From NCBI GenBank assembly GCA_965205265.1, contig CBDBGH010000003.1, positions 1,216,001-1,280,000 on the forward strand: 64,000 nucleotides of DNA, in the 5' to 3' direction. The notes beneath the pieces were generated by a model. It was given only the letters and a program-made list of their open reading frames with translations, did not search any database and was not told where the DNA came from. This DNA comes from Alphaproteobacteria bacterium. Its GTDB lineage: Bacteria; Pseudomonadota; Alphaproteobacteria; Bin95. Positions 24,116 to 33,179 of the stretch are shown here, in pieces; the first letter of the stretch is position 1; every line of letters starts with the position of its first letter. The position numbers and the translations under genes were made by a program.

Positions 24116-25264
24116 TCAGGCCCCGGCCAGGAAATCCCGGATGGCGAGCGCTTCGTCGAGCCCCGATGCCACATAGTCGGGCTCCAGCGGCAGGGCGCGG
24201 GAGGAAAAGCGCACGACCACGACTTCGGCGCGCCGGTCCACATAGAGGTTCTGGCCGTGTATGCCGATGCCGAAGATCAGGGGATTTTCGCCGCGGAGCA
24301 CATAGCATTGCGACCGGTAGTGCATCGGCCGGCCCGGAAGGAACGGGGCGAAATCTCCCGCATTCCAAGCCTCCGGGTCGCCATTGCGTTCGATATCGTC
24401 GATCCAGCGCTCCGGCAGCACCTGCCGCCCGTCCCGGCGGCCGTTCCCGACGATCAGCTGTCCGATGCGGGCGAGGTCGCGGGCGGCGACGCACATGCCG
24501 CCGGCCGCGCGCGGCGCGCCCAGCCGGTCCACGGTGATATAGGCCGGGCGCTCGGCGCCGGCCGGGGCCCAGAGCAGGCGGCCCATCAGGTCCGCATAGC
24601 GCTCGCCCGTCGCCCGCTCGATGACCCAGGCGAGCAGGTCGGTATTGGTCGAGACATAGTGGAAGCGCTGCCCGTGCAGCCCGTCCGTCCCGGTCAGCTG
24701 CGCGTAGAAGGACCGGAGGTCGGAGGGCGGCTCGTCCGGCTCGGGCGGGTTCCAGCCCGTCGCGCGGCGATAGGCGACGATCGGCCCGTCGGCGGCCATG
24801 TAGTCCTCGTCGAAGAGTATGCCCGCGCGCATGTCGAGCAGATGGCGCACCGTCGCGCCGCGATAGGCGGTGTCCCGGACCTCGGGCACATAGTCGGCGA
24901 CGGGCGCTTCGGTATCGAGACGGCCGGACTCCGCCAGGATGCCCGCCAGCAGGCCCAGCATGGATTTCGAGACCGACATGAGGATGTGGGGCGTGCCGCC
25001 CGTCATGCCGTCCGCATAGCGTTCCGCCACGATGCGGCCGCGATGGAGCGCTAGCAGGGCGTCGCAGCCCGCGGCCATCCCGTCGAAGCCGGGCAGAGCC
25101 GCCGGCGCCTCGGGCAGGGGGCGCACCGAGGCCGGATCGTTCGCGATTTCCGCCGAGGGAATCAGCTCCCGCACATGGCTGAAGGCCCAGCGGTTGAAGG
25201 GTGCGGTCCGCCAGTTTGCGAGCGTGACCTGCGACTCCGGCGGAGGCGGGAAACGGTCCATCAT
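24116..25264 (-). CDS. Serine hydrolase, beta-lactamase fold (NylB-like)
   Basis: SVSKS (SxxK), FHYVSTNTD, GIHGQ. Confidence 0.88.
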   Translation of the reverse strand: MMDRFPPPPESQVTLANWRTAPFNRWAFSHVRELIPSAEIANDPASVRPLPEAPAALPGFDGMAAGCDALLALHRGRIVAERYADGMTGGTPHILMSVSKSMLGLLAGILAESGRLDTEAPVADYVPEVRDTAYRGATVRHLLDMRAGILFDEDYMAADGPIVAYRRATGWNPPEPDEPPSDLRSFYAQLTGTDGLHGQRFHYVSTNTDLLAWVIERATGERYADLMGRLLWAPAGAERPAYITVDRLGAPRAAGGMCVAARDLARIGQLIVGNGRRDGRQVLPERWIDDIERNGDPEAWNAGDFAPFLPGRPMHYRSQCYVLRGENPLIFGIGIHGQNLYVDRRAEVVVVRFSSRALPLEPDYVASGLDEALAIRDFLAGA

Positions 25265-25280
25265 GTCTTCTGTCCTCTAA

Positions 25281-25592
25281 CCCGCCTTTCTCACCAGGGT
25301 CATGGTCTGCGCGGCGCTGTCGGGCCGGCAGGGTAGGAAAGACGCGTAGCGCGATGCAGGGACATCGGGCAAGCGGCTTGACGCATCCTGCCGGCCCGAC
25401 AGCGCCGCCCTCCGGGTCGCGTCCAGGCATCCGCCCGCGGCGGCGTAAACGCCGCCATCCATACAGTTCGCCGCGTTGCGCGCGGCGGCGTCGCGGGCCT
25501 CAACCGTAGGCACCGCTACGCTTTTCGGCCCACTCCTTGCGGAGCGAACGCCTGGACGCGACGCAGGCCGTGACGCTGGTGAGAAAGGCGGG
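25281..25592. mobile_element. 312-bp MITE-like element with CTAA target duplication
   Basis: About 30-bp imperfect TIR CCCGCCTTTCTCACCAG...; CTAA at 25277-25280 and 25593-25596; no credible ORF. Confidence 0.8.
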
Positions 25593-25612
25593 CTAAAGGC
25601 CGGCGGCGCGGA

Positions 25613-26929
25613 TCATAGCGGGAGGCGCACGCGGACGCCGAGGCCGCCTTCCGGCGAGTTGCCCAGGTGAATGTCGCCGCCATGGCTCTGGACCACATCG
25701 CGCGCGATGGAAAGGCCGAGCCCGATGCCGCCGGGCTTGCCTCCCTGCGGCCGGTCGCGACGGTAGAAGGGGCGAAAGACCTTTTCCCGGTCCGCAGTCG
25801 GCACGCCCGGCCCGTCGTCGTCGATCCCGATCTCGAACCATTCGCCCTGTTCCCGGCAGGCGATCCAGACCTGGTTGCCGTAACGCATCGCATTGTCGAT
25901 CAGGTTGACGAGGCAGCGCCTGATCGCGGTTGCCTGCACGGGGATTTTCGGCGCGCTCGCGATGCGCAGGTCGATGGAGCCGCCGGCCCGGCGCGCGCCG
26001 GTCACGACATCCTCGATCAGTTCGCCCAGGTCGGTCTCCACCGCCGCTTCGCCCCCTTCGCCGCGGGCGAATGCCAGATAGGCTTCCAGCATCGCCTCCA
26101 TTTCGACGATATCGGCCTGCAGGCCGCGCGCATCGTCGTTCTCCGGCAGCAGGGCGAGCGCCACCTTCATGCGCGCAAGCGGCGTGCGCAGGTCGTGCGA
26201 GACGTCGGCCAGCATTTCCGTGTGCTGGTCTATCTGGCGGCGGATGCGCTCGCGCATGCGGCGGAAGGCGACGGTCGCGCGGCGCACTTCCGAGGCGCCC
26301 GCCAGTTTCGGGTCCTTGGCCTCCCGCCCCTTGCCATAGGCGTCGGCCGCTTCCGCAAGGCGCCTGATGGGCCGGATCTGGTTGCGCATGAACAGCCCGG
26401 CAACGGCGAACAGGATCATCGAGGTTCCCACCATCCAGAGCGCCCAGAAGGTCGTGGTGGAGCTGAACAGCCGCCGCCGCGGGGCGACGACATGCAGCAC
26501 GCTCTCCTTGAGCTGGACCTTGATGACGATTTCGTGCTCGAAGGTGGTCGTGTCGAATTGGAAAGGCCGCCGCACGCGGTTGGTCAGCTCCCGCGCCAGC
26601 AAGGTGTCGAGGCCGCCCTTCGGTTCCGGCTGCGGGCGGTTCGGCAGGATGGCGCCCGGCGCGATGGTCGCGCGGAGGTCGGTGCGGTCGGCGAGCAGCA
26701 CCAGCAGCGCCCCCTGCGCATCGGCGCCCGGAAACCTGTCCATCGCGTCTATGACCAGGCCGATCTCGCCTGCCACGCCTGCCGCCAGGCGCTTCATGAT
26801 GATGTGCCAGTGCCGCTCGTAGAAGATCCAGGTCGAGACGATCTGCAGCAGGATGAGCGGCATCACGATGATGATGAGGGAGCGCGCAAACAGCGTGCGC
26901 GGCAGGAAGCGGTCCAGACGCCCGGCCAT
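25613..26929 (-). CDS. EnvZ-like sensor histidine kinase
   Basis: Two TM segments, HAMP, VSHDLRTPL, NLIDNA, DDDGPG, GLGLSI. Confidence 0.93.
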   Translation of the reverse strand: MAGRLDRFLPRTLFARSLIIIVMPLILLQIVSTWIFYERHWHIIMKRLAAGVAGEIGLVIDAMDRFPGADAQGALLVLLADRTDLRATIAPGAILPNRPQPEPKGGLDTLLARELTNRVRRPFQFDTTTFEHEIVIKVQLKESVLHVVAPRRRLFSSTTTFWALWMVGTSMILFAVAGLFMRNQIRPIRRLAEAADAYGKGREAKDPKLAGASEVRRATVAFRRMRERIRRQIDQHTEMLADVSHDLRTPLARMKVALALLPENDDARGLQADIVEMEAMLEAYLAFARGEGGEAAVETDLGELIEDVVTGARRAGGSIDLRIASAPKIPVQATAIRRCLVNLIDNAMRYGNQVWIACREQGEWFEIGIDDDGPGVPTADREKVFRPFYRRDRPQGGKPGGIGLGLSIARDVVQSHGGDIHLGNSPEGGLGVRVRLPL

Positions 26930-27630
26930 CAGTCGGACCGCAAGGCGTAGCCGCGCCCCCAGATCGTGACCAGGTAGCGCGGGTGTTTGGGGTCGGGTTC
27001 GAGCTTGCGCCTGAGCCGGGCGACCTGCACATCGACGGCCCGCCCGGAGCCGACGCTCATCACGGCGAGTTCCTCGCGCGAGACCGTGCCGCCGCCCCTG
27101 AGAGAGAGGGCGCTCATCAGCATCGCTTCCGCCGGTGCGAGGCGGCGGACGCTGCCGTCCTCGTGTTCCAGGCTCTCGCGCCCGGCGGTCCAGGCGAGCG
27201 GGCCGAAGCGGAGCGTCTCGCGCCGGGCGGTTTCGCGGCGGCGCAGGATCGTGCGGATGCGCAGCACCAGTTCGCGCGGCTCGAAGGGCTTGACCATGTA
27301 GTCTTCCGCGCCCGCTTCGAGGCCGCGCACCCGGTCCTCGGGCTCGTCCATCGCCGTCAGCAGCAATATCGGCGTGGCGTTGCCGGACGCCGTCAGCGCC
27401 GCGCTGAGTTCGAGGCCCGACTCGCCCGGGAGCATGATGTCCAGCACCACCAGGTCGAAGGCGATGCCCGCCATGGCGCGCCGGGCCGCCTCGGCTTCCT
27501 CCATCGCCGTCACCCTGAAGCCCGACCCGGAGAGGTAGCGCTTCAGGAGCGCGCGCAGCCGCTCGTCGTCGTCCACCAGCAGGATATGGGGAAGGTCCTG
27601 CGAACGGGCGGGCGAAATCGCTTCACGCAT
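26929..27630 (-). CDS. OmpR-family response regulator
   Basis: LVDDD, LDIMLPG, KPF, VDVQVARLRRK, TIWGRGY. Confidence 0.93.
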   Translation of the reverse strand: MREAISPARSQDLPHILLVDDDERLRALLKRYLSGSGFRVTAMEEAEAARRAMAGIAFDLVVLDIMLPGESGLELSAALTASGNATPILLLTAMDEPEDRVRGLEAGAEDYMVKPFEPRELVLRIRTILRRRETARRETLRFGPLAWTAGRESLEHEDGSVRRLAPAEAMLMSALSLRGGGTVSREELAVMSVGSGRAVDVQVARLRRKLEPDPKHPRYLVTIWGRGYALRSD

Positions 27631-27706
27631 GATCGGAAATCCGCCATAAGCTGCGAGGCTGCGTTCCGGTATCATATCGTGCCCGAAGAACGAGGAGAAA
27701 TGCGCG

Positions 27707-28588
27707 ATGGCGGTGGACCTGCTCCCCTATGACGACCGCGACGGCTTCATCTGGCTGGACGGCGCGCTGGTTCCGTGGCGCGACGCCAGGCTGCATGTCC
27801 TGAGCCACGCCCTGCATTACGCCAGCGCGGTCTTCGAAGGCGAACGGGTCTATGACGGGCATATCTTCCGTTCGCGCGCCCATACCGAGCGCCTCCACAA
27901 CTCCGCCCGGCTGATGGGCTTCGAGATACCCTGGTCGGTGGATGTGCTGGAAAGCGCCAAGCGCGAAGTGCTGCAGGCGAACGGCCTGAAGGACGCCTAT
28001 GTGCGCCCGGTGGCGTGGCGCGGCGCGGAGATGATGGGCGTGTCGGCGCAGGATGCGACGATCCACGTCGCGATCGCGGCCTGGTTCTGGGGCGCCTATT
28101 TCGGCGACGGCACGGAAATGTCGGGCATCCGCATGAAGACCGGCCGCTACCGCCGGCCGGGTCCCGAATGCGGTCCCGTGCAGGCCAAGGCGACCGGCCA
28201 CTATCTCATCTGCACGCTCAACAAGCACGAGGTCGAGGCGGCGGGCTACCACGACGCCCTGTTCCTCGACACCAACGGGTTCGTGGCGGAGGGCTCCGGG
28301 GCCAACATCTTCCTCGTCCAGGACGGCAAGCTGCACACGCCGACCCCGGACAGCTTCCTCAACGGCATCACCCGCCAGGCCGTGATCGGCTTGGCCGAGA
28401 AGCGCCAGATCCCCGTGGTCGAGCGCTCGATCCTGCCGGAAGAGTTCGCGAAGACTTCCGAGGTGTTCGTGACCGGCACCGCCGCCGAAGTGACCCCGGT
28501 TGCGGAAATCGACGATTACCGCTTCACGCCGGGCGACATCACCCGCACGCTGATGGAAGACTTCCGCGCCATCACCTCGACCGGATAA
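27707..28588 (+). CDS. ilvE: Branched-chain amino acid aminotransferase
   Basis: HALHYASAVFEG, EGSGANIF, LNGITR, GTAAEV. Confidence 0.93.
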   Translation: MAVDLLPYDDRDGFIWLDGALVPWRDARLHVLSHALHYASAVFEGERVYDGHIFRSRAHTERLHNSARLMGFEIPWSVDVLESAKREVLQANGLKDAYVRPVAWRGAEMMGVSAQDATIHVAIAAWFWGAYFGDGTEMSGIRMKTGRYRRPGPECGPVQAKATGHYLICTLNKHEVEAAGYHDALFLDTNGFVAEGSGANIFLVQDGKLHTPTPDSFLNGITRQAVIGLAEKRQIPVVERSILPEEFAKTSEVFVTGTAAEVTPVAEIDDYRFTPGDITRTLMEDFRAITSTG

Positions 28589-28611
28589 CGAAAGCAAGAG
28601 GACTGCCACCC

Positions 28612-29814
28612 ATGCGCGATGCCTATATCTGCGACGCCGTCCGCACTCCCGTCGGCCGCCATTCGGGCGCGCTTGCCGCCGTGCGCGCGGACGATCTCGC
28701 CGCCCTGCCGCTCAAGGCGCTGATGGAGCGCAATCCGGGTCTCGACCCGGAGGCCATAGAGGACGTGATCTACGGCTGCGCCAACCAGGCGGGCGAGGAC
28801 AACCGCAATGTCGCGCGCATGGCGGTGCTGCTGGCCGGCCTGCCGCAGTCCGTGCCGGGCAGCACGGTGAACCGCCTTTGCGGCTCGTCGCTGGACGCGG
28901 TCGGCTCGGCGGCGCGCGCCGTCCGGCTCGGCGAGGCGGACCTGATGATCGCGGGCGGCGTCGAGAGCATGTCGCGCGCGCCCTATGTGGTCAGCAAGTC
29001 CGGCGCACCCTGGGGCCGGGACGTGCAGATGTTCGACACCTCCATCGGCTGGCGTTTCGTCAACCGCCGGATGGAGGAGGAGTTCGGCACGGACTCCATG
29101 CCGCAGACGGCCGAGAACCTCGCCACCGAGCGGCAGATCTCCCGCGAGGACCAGGACGCCTTCGCGGCACGCAGCCAGCAGCGCGCGGTGCGCGCCCAGG
29201 AGAACGGGCGGCTCGCGAAGGAAATTATCGCGGTGACGATCCCGCAGCGGCGCGGCGAGCCGGTGGTCGTGGACAGGGACGAGCATCCGCGCCCCGGCAC
29301 GACGGCGGAGAGCCTCGCCAAGCTGCGCTCGCTGCACAGGGACGGCACGGTGACCGCGGGCAACGCTTCGGGCGTAAACGACGGCGCGGGCGCGCTCATC
29401 GTCGCGAGCGAGGAGGCGGTGAAGCGCCACGGCCTCACGCCGCGGGCGCGGGTGCTCGGCATGGCGACCGCGGGCGTGCCGCCCAGGATCATGGGCATCG
29501 GCCCCGCGCCGGCCACGCGCAAGCTGCTGGAGCGGCTCGGCATTTCGCTCGGCGAGATCGATGTGATCGAGCTCAATGAGGCATTCGCCGCCCAGTCGCT
29601 CTCGGTTACGCGCGACCTCGGCCTGCCGGATGACGCCGAGCATGTGAACCCCAATGGCGGCGCCATCGCGCTCGGCCATCCGCTCGGCATGAGCGGCGTG
29701 CGCCTCGCCGGCGCGGCGACGCAGGAGCTCCAGGAGCGGGACGCCCGCTACGCGCTCTGCACCATGTGCATCGGCGTCGGCCAGGGTATCGCCGCGGTGC
29801 TGGAACGGGTGTAG
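28612..29814 (+). CDS. pcaF: 3-oxoadipyl-CoA thiolase (PcaF/PaaJ)
   Basis: NQAGEDNRNVARM, NRLCGSS, NEAFA, GHPLG, CIGVGQG. Confidence 0.9.
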   Translation: MRDAYICDAVRTPVGRHSGALAAVRADDLAALPLKALMERNPGLDPEAIEDVIYGCANQAGEDNRNVARMAVLLAGLPQSVPGSTVNRLCGSSLDAVGSAARAVRLGEADLMIAGGVESMSRAPYVVSKSGAPWGRDVQMFDTSIGWRFVNRRMEEEFGTDSMPQTAENLATERQISREDQDAFAARSQQRAVRAQENGRLAKEIIAVTIPQRRGEPVVVDRDEHPRPGTTAESLAKLRSLHRDGTVTAGNASGVNDGAGALIVASEEAVKRHGLTPRARVLGMATAGVPPRIMGIGPAPATRKLLERLGISLGEIDVIELNEAFAAQSLSVTRDLGLPDDAEHVNPNGGAIALGHPLGMSGVRLAGAATQELQERDARYALCTMCIGVGQGIAAVLERV

Positions 29815-29912
29815 CCGCCGGGTTTTCCCTTTTCGCCTGCCCTCGCGGAAGCGGGGGTCATCCCGGCCGGAGCGAAGCGCCTGCCCCGCGCGCCGGTGGG
29901 AGCCTGCCCCAA

Positions 29913-30008
29913 ACCGTCACCCCGGACTTGATCCGGGGTCCATCTCGGACCCTCTGCGCCCGCCGAGAAAGCCAAGGCTGGACCCCGGATCAAGTCCGGG
30001 GTGACGGT
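29913..30008. repeat. Paired REP palindromes
   Basis: ACCGTCACCCCGGACTTGATCCGGGGTCCA and its exact inverse at 29979-30008. Confidence 0.8.
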
Positions 30009-30092
30009 GTTTGACTGTCTTCGTCCCGTTTCGACACGAGAGACGCCCACCCCGATTCCTTCACGCGCTCAGAGGCGCGGCGGCATTCTCTC

Positions 30093-30125
30093 TTGACTTT
30101 ATCCCCATATATTCTATATATGTTC
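30093..30125 (+). promoter_or_regulatory. Promoter with overlapping putative alphaproteobacterial LexA box
   Basis: TTGACT -35; ATTC-N7-GTTC at 30111-30125 (consensus GTTC-N7-GTTC, one mismatch). Confidence 0.55.
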
Positions 30126-30332
30126 TATCACGAAGCGGAAGGCGGAGCGAGGGATGACCTGACAAGCTATCGGAACGGGCGCATGGCGGCGTTCGTTCCG
30201 GCGCGACTTTCGAGGGGAACTGCCGGCGGCCGGGGGCCGGGCGGCAGACAGGGAAGGTGCGCGCGCCGCGAGCGCCGCGATGCGTCGGTTGGCAGGTCGG
30301 GTTGAAGCGGCGGGAACGGAAAGGAGCGGTGA

Positions 30333-30767
30333 ATGTCGGACAGGCCGGGAAACATACGGGAGAAGTCCAGGCCGGGCCTGGCGATCGGCATGGAGTTGCG
30401 GCGCCGGGCGGTGGCGGCGGTGTTGCAGGAGGGCATGAGCACGCGGGCGGCGGCCGCGCGCTTCGGGCTGAGCGCGCCGAGCGTCAGCCGCTGGGTGAAG
30501 CGTTTCCGCGAGCGCGGGCATGTGGAGCCGGACCCGCGCGGCGGCGGACGCCACTCGCCGGTGGAGGCGGAGCGCAACCGGATCGTGCGCATCCTGGAGG
30601 CCCGCCCGGAGCTTTCCAGCCGGGCGCTGGGCGAGGCGCTGGCCGCCGAGGGCGTGCGGGTCTCAGACCGGACCCTGCGCGGGTTCCTCAAGCGCCACCG
30701 CATGGAGCGCCCCCGCCGCCTCGCCGTCCGCCGCCAGCGGAAGCGCTGGAAGGCAGGCTGCGGTTAG
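30333..30767 (+). CDS. IS630 OrfA-like HTH protein lacking a DDE domain
   Basis: ELRRRAVAAV...MSTRAAAARFGLS...VSRWVKR...EGVRVSDRTLRGFLKR; RBS AAGGAG. Confidence 0.7.
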   Translation: MSDRPGNIREKSRPGLAIGMELRRRAVAAVLQEGMSTRAAAARFGLSAPSVSRWVKRFRERGHVEPDPRGGGRHSPVEAERNRIVRILEARPELSSRALGEALAAEGVRVSDRTLRGFLKRHRMERPRRLAVRRQRKRWKAGCG

Positions 30768-30898
30768 GGACCGGCGGGGCAGGTCGGGCGAAGCCCGGCA
30801 AGTGCCCGCCGGCGGCGTTTACCGACCGGGCGCTCTTCGACGATAATCCATCCGGGGCGAGCGGGCCCCGCCGTGCCGTTACCGCCGCAAGGGGACCC

Positions 30899-32224
30899 AT
30901 GACCGCAACCCGCCAGCTCCGGTTAGGGGCGTTCATGCGCCCGGTGAGCATCCATACGGCATGGTGGCGCTATCCGGGCAGCGCGCCCGACGCCAACTTC
31001 AATCTCGGCCGCCTGGCCGCGTTCGCCCGGACGCTCGAACGGGGATGCTTCGATGCGTTCTTCATGGCCGACCACCTTGCGGTGCTCAACATGCCGATGG
31101 ATGCGCTCAAGCGCAGCGCCACCGTCACCTCGTTCGATCCGCTCACGCTCCTGCCCGCGCTGGCGATGGCCACCGAGCGCCTCGGCCTCATCGCCACCGC
31201 ATCGACCACGTTCGAGCCGCCCTATACGGTCGCCCGGCGGTTCGCCTCGCTCGACCACATCAGCAACGGGCGCGCAGGCTGGAACCTCGTCACGACCTCG
31301 AACCCCGACGCCGCGCTCAACTTCGGCCAGACCGAACAGATGGCGCATGCCGAGCGTTACCGCCGGGCGCGCGAATATTTCGATGTAGTGACCGGCCTGT
31401 GGGACAGCTGGGCCGACGACGCCTTCACGCACGATGTCGAAACGGGGCAGTTTTTCGATCCCGACCGGCTCCATATCCTGGACCATCGCGGCGAGTTCTT
31501 CTCCGTGCGCGGCCCGCTGAACATCGCCCGCCCGGTGCAGGGCTGGCCGCTGATCGTGCAGGCCGGCGCATCGGAGGCCGGCCGGCAGCTCGCAGCCGAA
31601 ACCGCGGAGATGGTGTTTACCGGACAAGGCACGCTGGCCGAGGGTCAGCGCTTCTACGCCGATGTGAAGGGCCGGATGGAGCGCATCGGGCGCGATCCCG
31701 ACCACATGAAGATACTGCCCGGGGTCCTGGTCGTCGTCGGGGACAGTGTCGAGGAAGCGCGCGAGAAGCGGGCGCATCTCGACAGCCTGGTCAACGATGA
31801 CAGCGCGATCGCGAGCCTGTCCATTGCGCTCGGGCACGACGCTTCGACCTTCGACCCCGACGCACCGTTGCCCGAGGTGCCCGAGAGCAATGCGAGCAAG
31901 AGCGGCCGGGAACGGGCCATCGCGCTTGCGCGGCGCGAAGGGCTGACCGTGCGCGAGCTCGCGCGCCGTCTCGGGGGCTATTCGGGGCTCGCCATGGTCG
32001 GCACGCCGGCCACCATTGCCGACGAGATGCAGCACTGGCTGGAGGCCCGCGGCAGCGACGGCTTCAATGTCATGTTCCCCTACCTGCCCGACGGCCTGGA
32101 CGCCTTCGTCGACCGCGTCGTGCCCGAACTGCAGCGCCGGGGACTCTATCGGCGGGCCTATGAGGGGGCCACGCTGCGCGAGAATCTCGGCCTGCCGCGC
32201 CCGTCCAACCGGTTCTTCCGGTAG
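30899..32224 (+). CDS. LLM-class FMNH2-dependent monooxygenase (NtaA/SnaA/DszA family)
   Basis: FFMADHL, ARRFASLDHISNGRAGWN, QAGAS, VPELQRRG...TLRENLGL. Confidence 0.92.
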   Translation: MTATRQLRLGAFMRPVSIHTAWWRYPGSAPDANFNLGRLAAFARTLERGCFDAFFMADHLAVLNMPMDALKRSATVTSFDPLTLLPALAMATERLGLIATASTTFEPPYTVARRFASLDHISNGRAGWNLVTTSNPDAALNFGQTEQMAHAERYRRAREYFDVVTGLWDSWADDAFTHDVETGQFFDPDRLHILDHRGEFFSVRGPLNIARPVQGWPLIVQAGASEAGRQLAAETAEMVFTGQGTLAEGQRFYADVKGRMERIGRDPDHMKILPGVLVVVGDSVEEAREKRAHLDSLVNDDSAIASLSIALGHDASTFDPDAPLPEVPESNASKSGRERAIALARREGLTVRELARRLGGYSGLAMVGTPATIADEMQHWLEARGSDGFNVMFPYLPDGLDAFVDRVVPELQRRGLYRRAYEGATLRENLGLPRPSNRFFR

Positions 32225-32378
32225 AACGTCGCCGCAACCGCCGAAGGCTGCCGCACGAGCGCACCGAAACCGCGCCCGGAGAGCCGTCCTGCCTCGCCGT
32301 CCGCCGCCAGCGGAAGCGCTGGAAGGCAAGCGCGGTTAGAGGGAGATCCGTTCCGGCTGAAACGGAAGTCCGGGCGTC

Positions 32379-32520
32379 CCCTTCGGCAAGCTCAGGACAG
32401 GCCCTCGATACGCGGCTGGCGCTGCTACTCGGGATGAGGGAGGTTCTGGCGCTCCGTCTTCCTCCTTTCCCTCACCCTTTTATGAGTAGCGACCGCGCCA
32501 GCGGGCGCGTATCGAAGGGC
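32379..32520. repeat. Dispersed palindromic repeat family (..TGAGTAGCG..CGTATCGAAGG..)
   Basis: Related motifs recur at about 34410-34540 and 54935-55018. Confidence 0.6.
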
Positions 32521-32639
32521 CGCCGCCGCTCGCCGGATTGTGTGTTAGGATGCGTCGGGCGAAATGGAGCGTCCCGTAAAGGACGGCGATTGCCGGCCGG
32601 GCGGCGTCCCGGTTTGAAATCCAGAGTGCAGGAAGCTTC

Positions 32640-32873
32640 GTGACCGAAGACAAATTGACCGAGTTGACCGGCAACATCGCGGCAATCGAGTTCCTGCTGG
32701 TCGAATGCCTCAAGATCGCCCTTGACGGCCACCGGGATCCTGACGCGGCCCTGCAGGAGATGCTGTCGAACCTGACCATGTTCAAGGAGGCCAGCATGAA
32801 GGCCATGCCGGAATACGTCCCGGCCCTTGACGCCGCAACCAAGCGGATGGTGGCCCTGCTGACAAGCGACTGA
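32640..32873 (+). CDS. Hypothetical 77-aa helical protein
   Basis: GTG start after AGGA; high GC3 codon usage; protein-like composition. Confidence 0.55.
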   Translation: MTEDKLTELTGNIAAIEFLLVECLKIALDGHRDPDAALQEMLSNLTMFKEASMKAMPEYVPALDAATKRMVALLTSD

Positions 32874-32949
32874 TCCCCGCGACAGGGGGTGTGAAAAAAT
32901 CGGAGTGTCAGCCGACCGTCCGGTAAGGGCACGAACCCGGACAAACATT

Positions 32950-33081
32950 GTCACCCCGGACCCCGATCCGGGGTCCAGCCCGGGCTCTCTCGGCGGCCGC
33001 GAGCGGTCCAGCTCTGTTTCGAACGGCTGCGGCGGGCGCAAACGGTCAGGGATGGGCCCCGGATCGGGGTCCGGGGCGACG
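32950..33081. repeat. Paired REP palindromes
   Basis: GTCACCCCGGACCCCGATCCGGGGTCCA and inverse GGGCCCCGGATCGGGGTCCGGGGCGAC. Confidence 0.72.
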
Positions 33082-33179
33082 GGATGGGCGCGGACCGCGA
33101 GCGCAAAACCCGACAAATCCAATTTCTTCACACGCTTGACAGGGGGTGAACGCCGGGCGGTTGGGCGTTACGCTGCCGC

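Noticed and set aside
27630-27707. Absence of the MarR-type gene often found between ilvE and the OmpR regulator
   Set aside because: Based on recalled synteny only, with no remnant visible; too weak to report.
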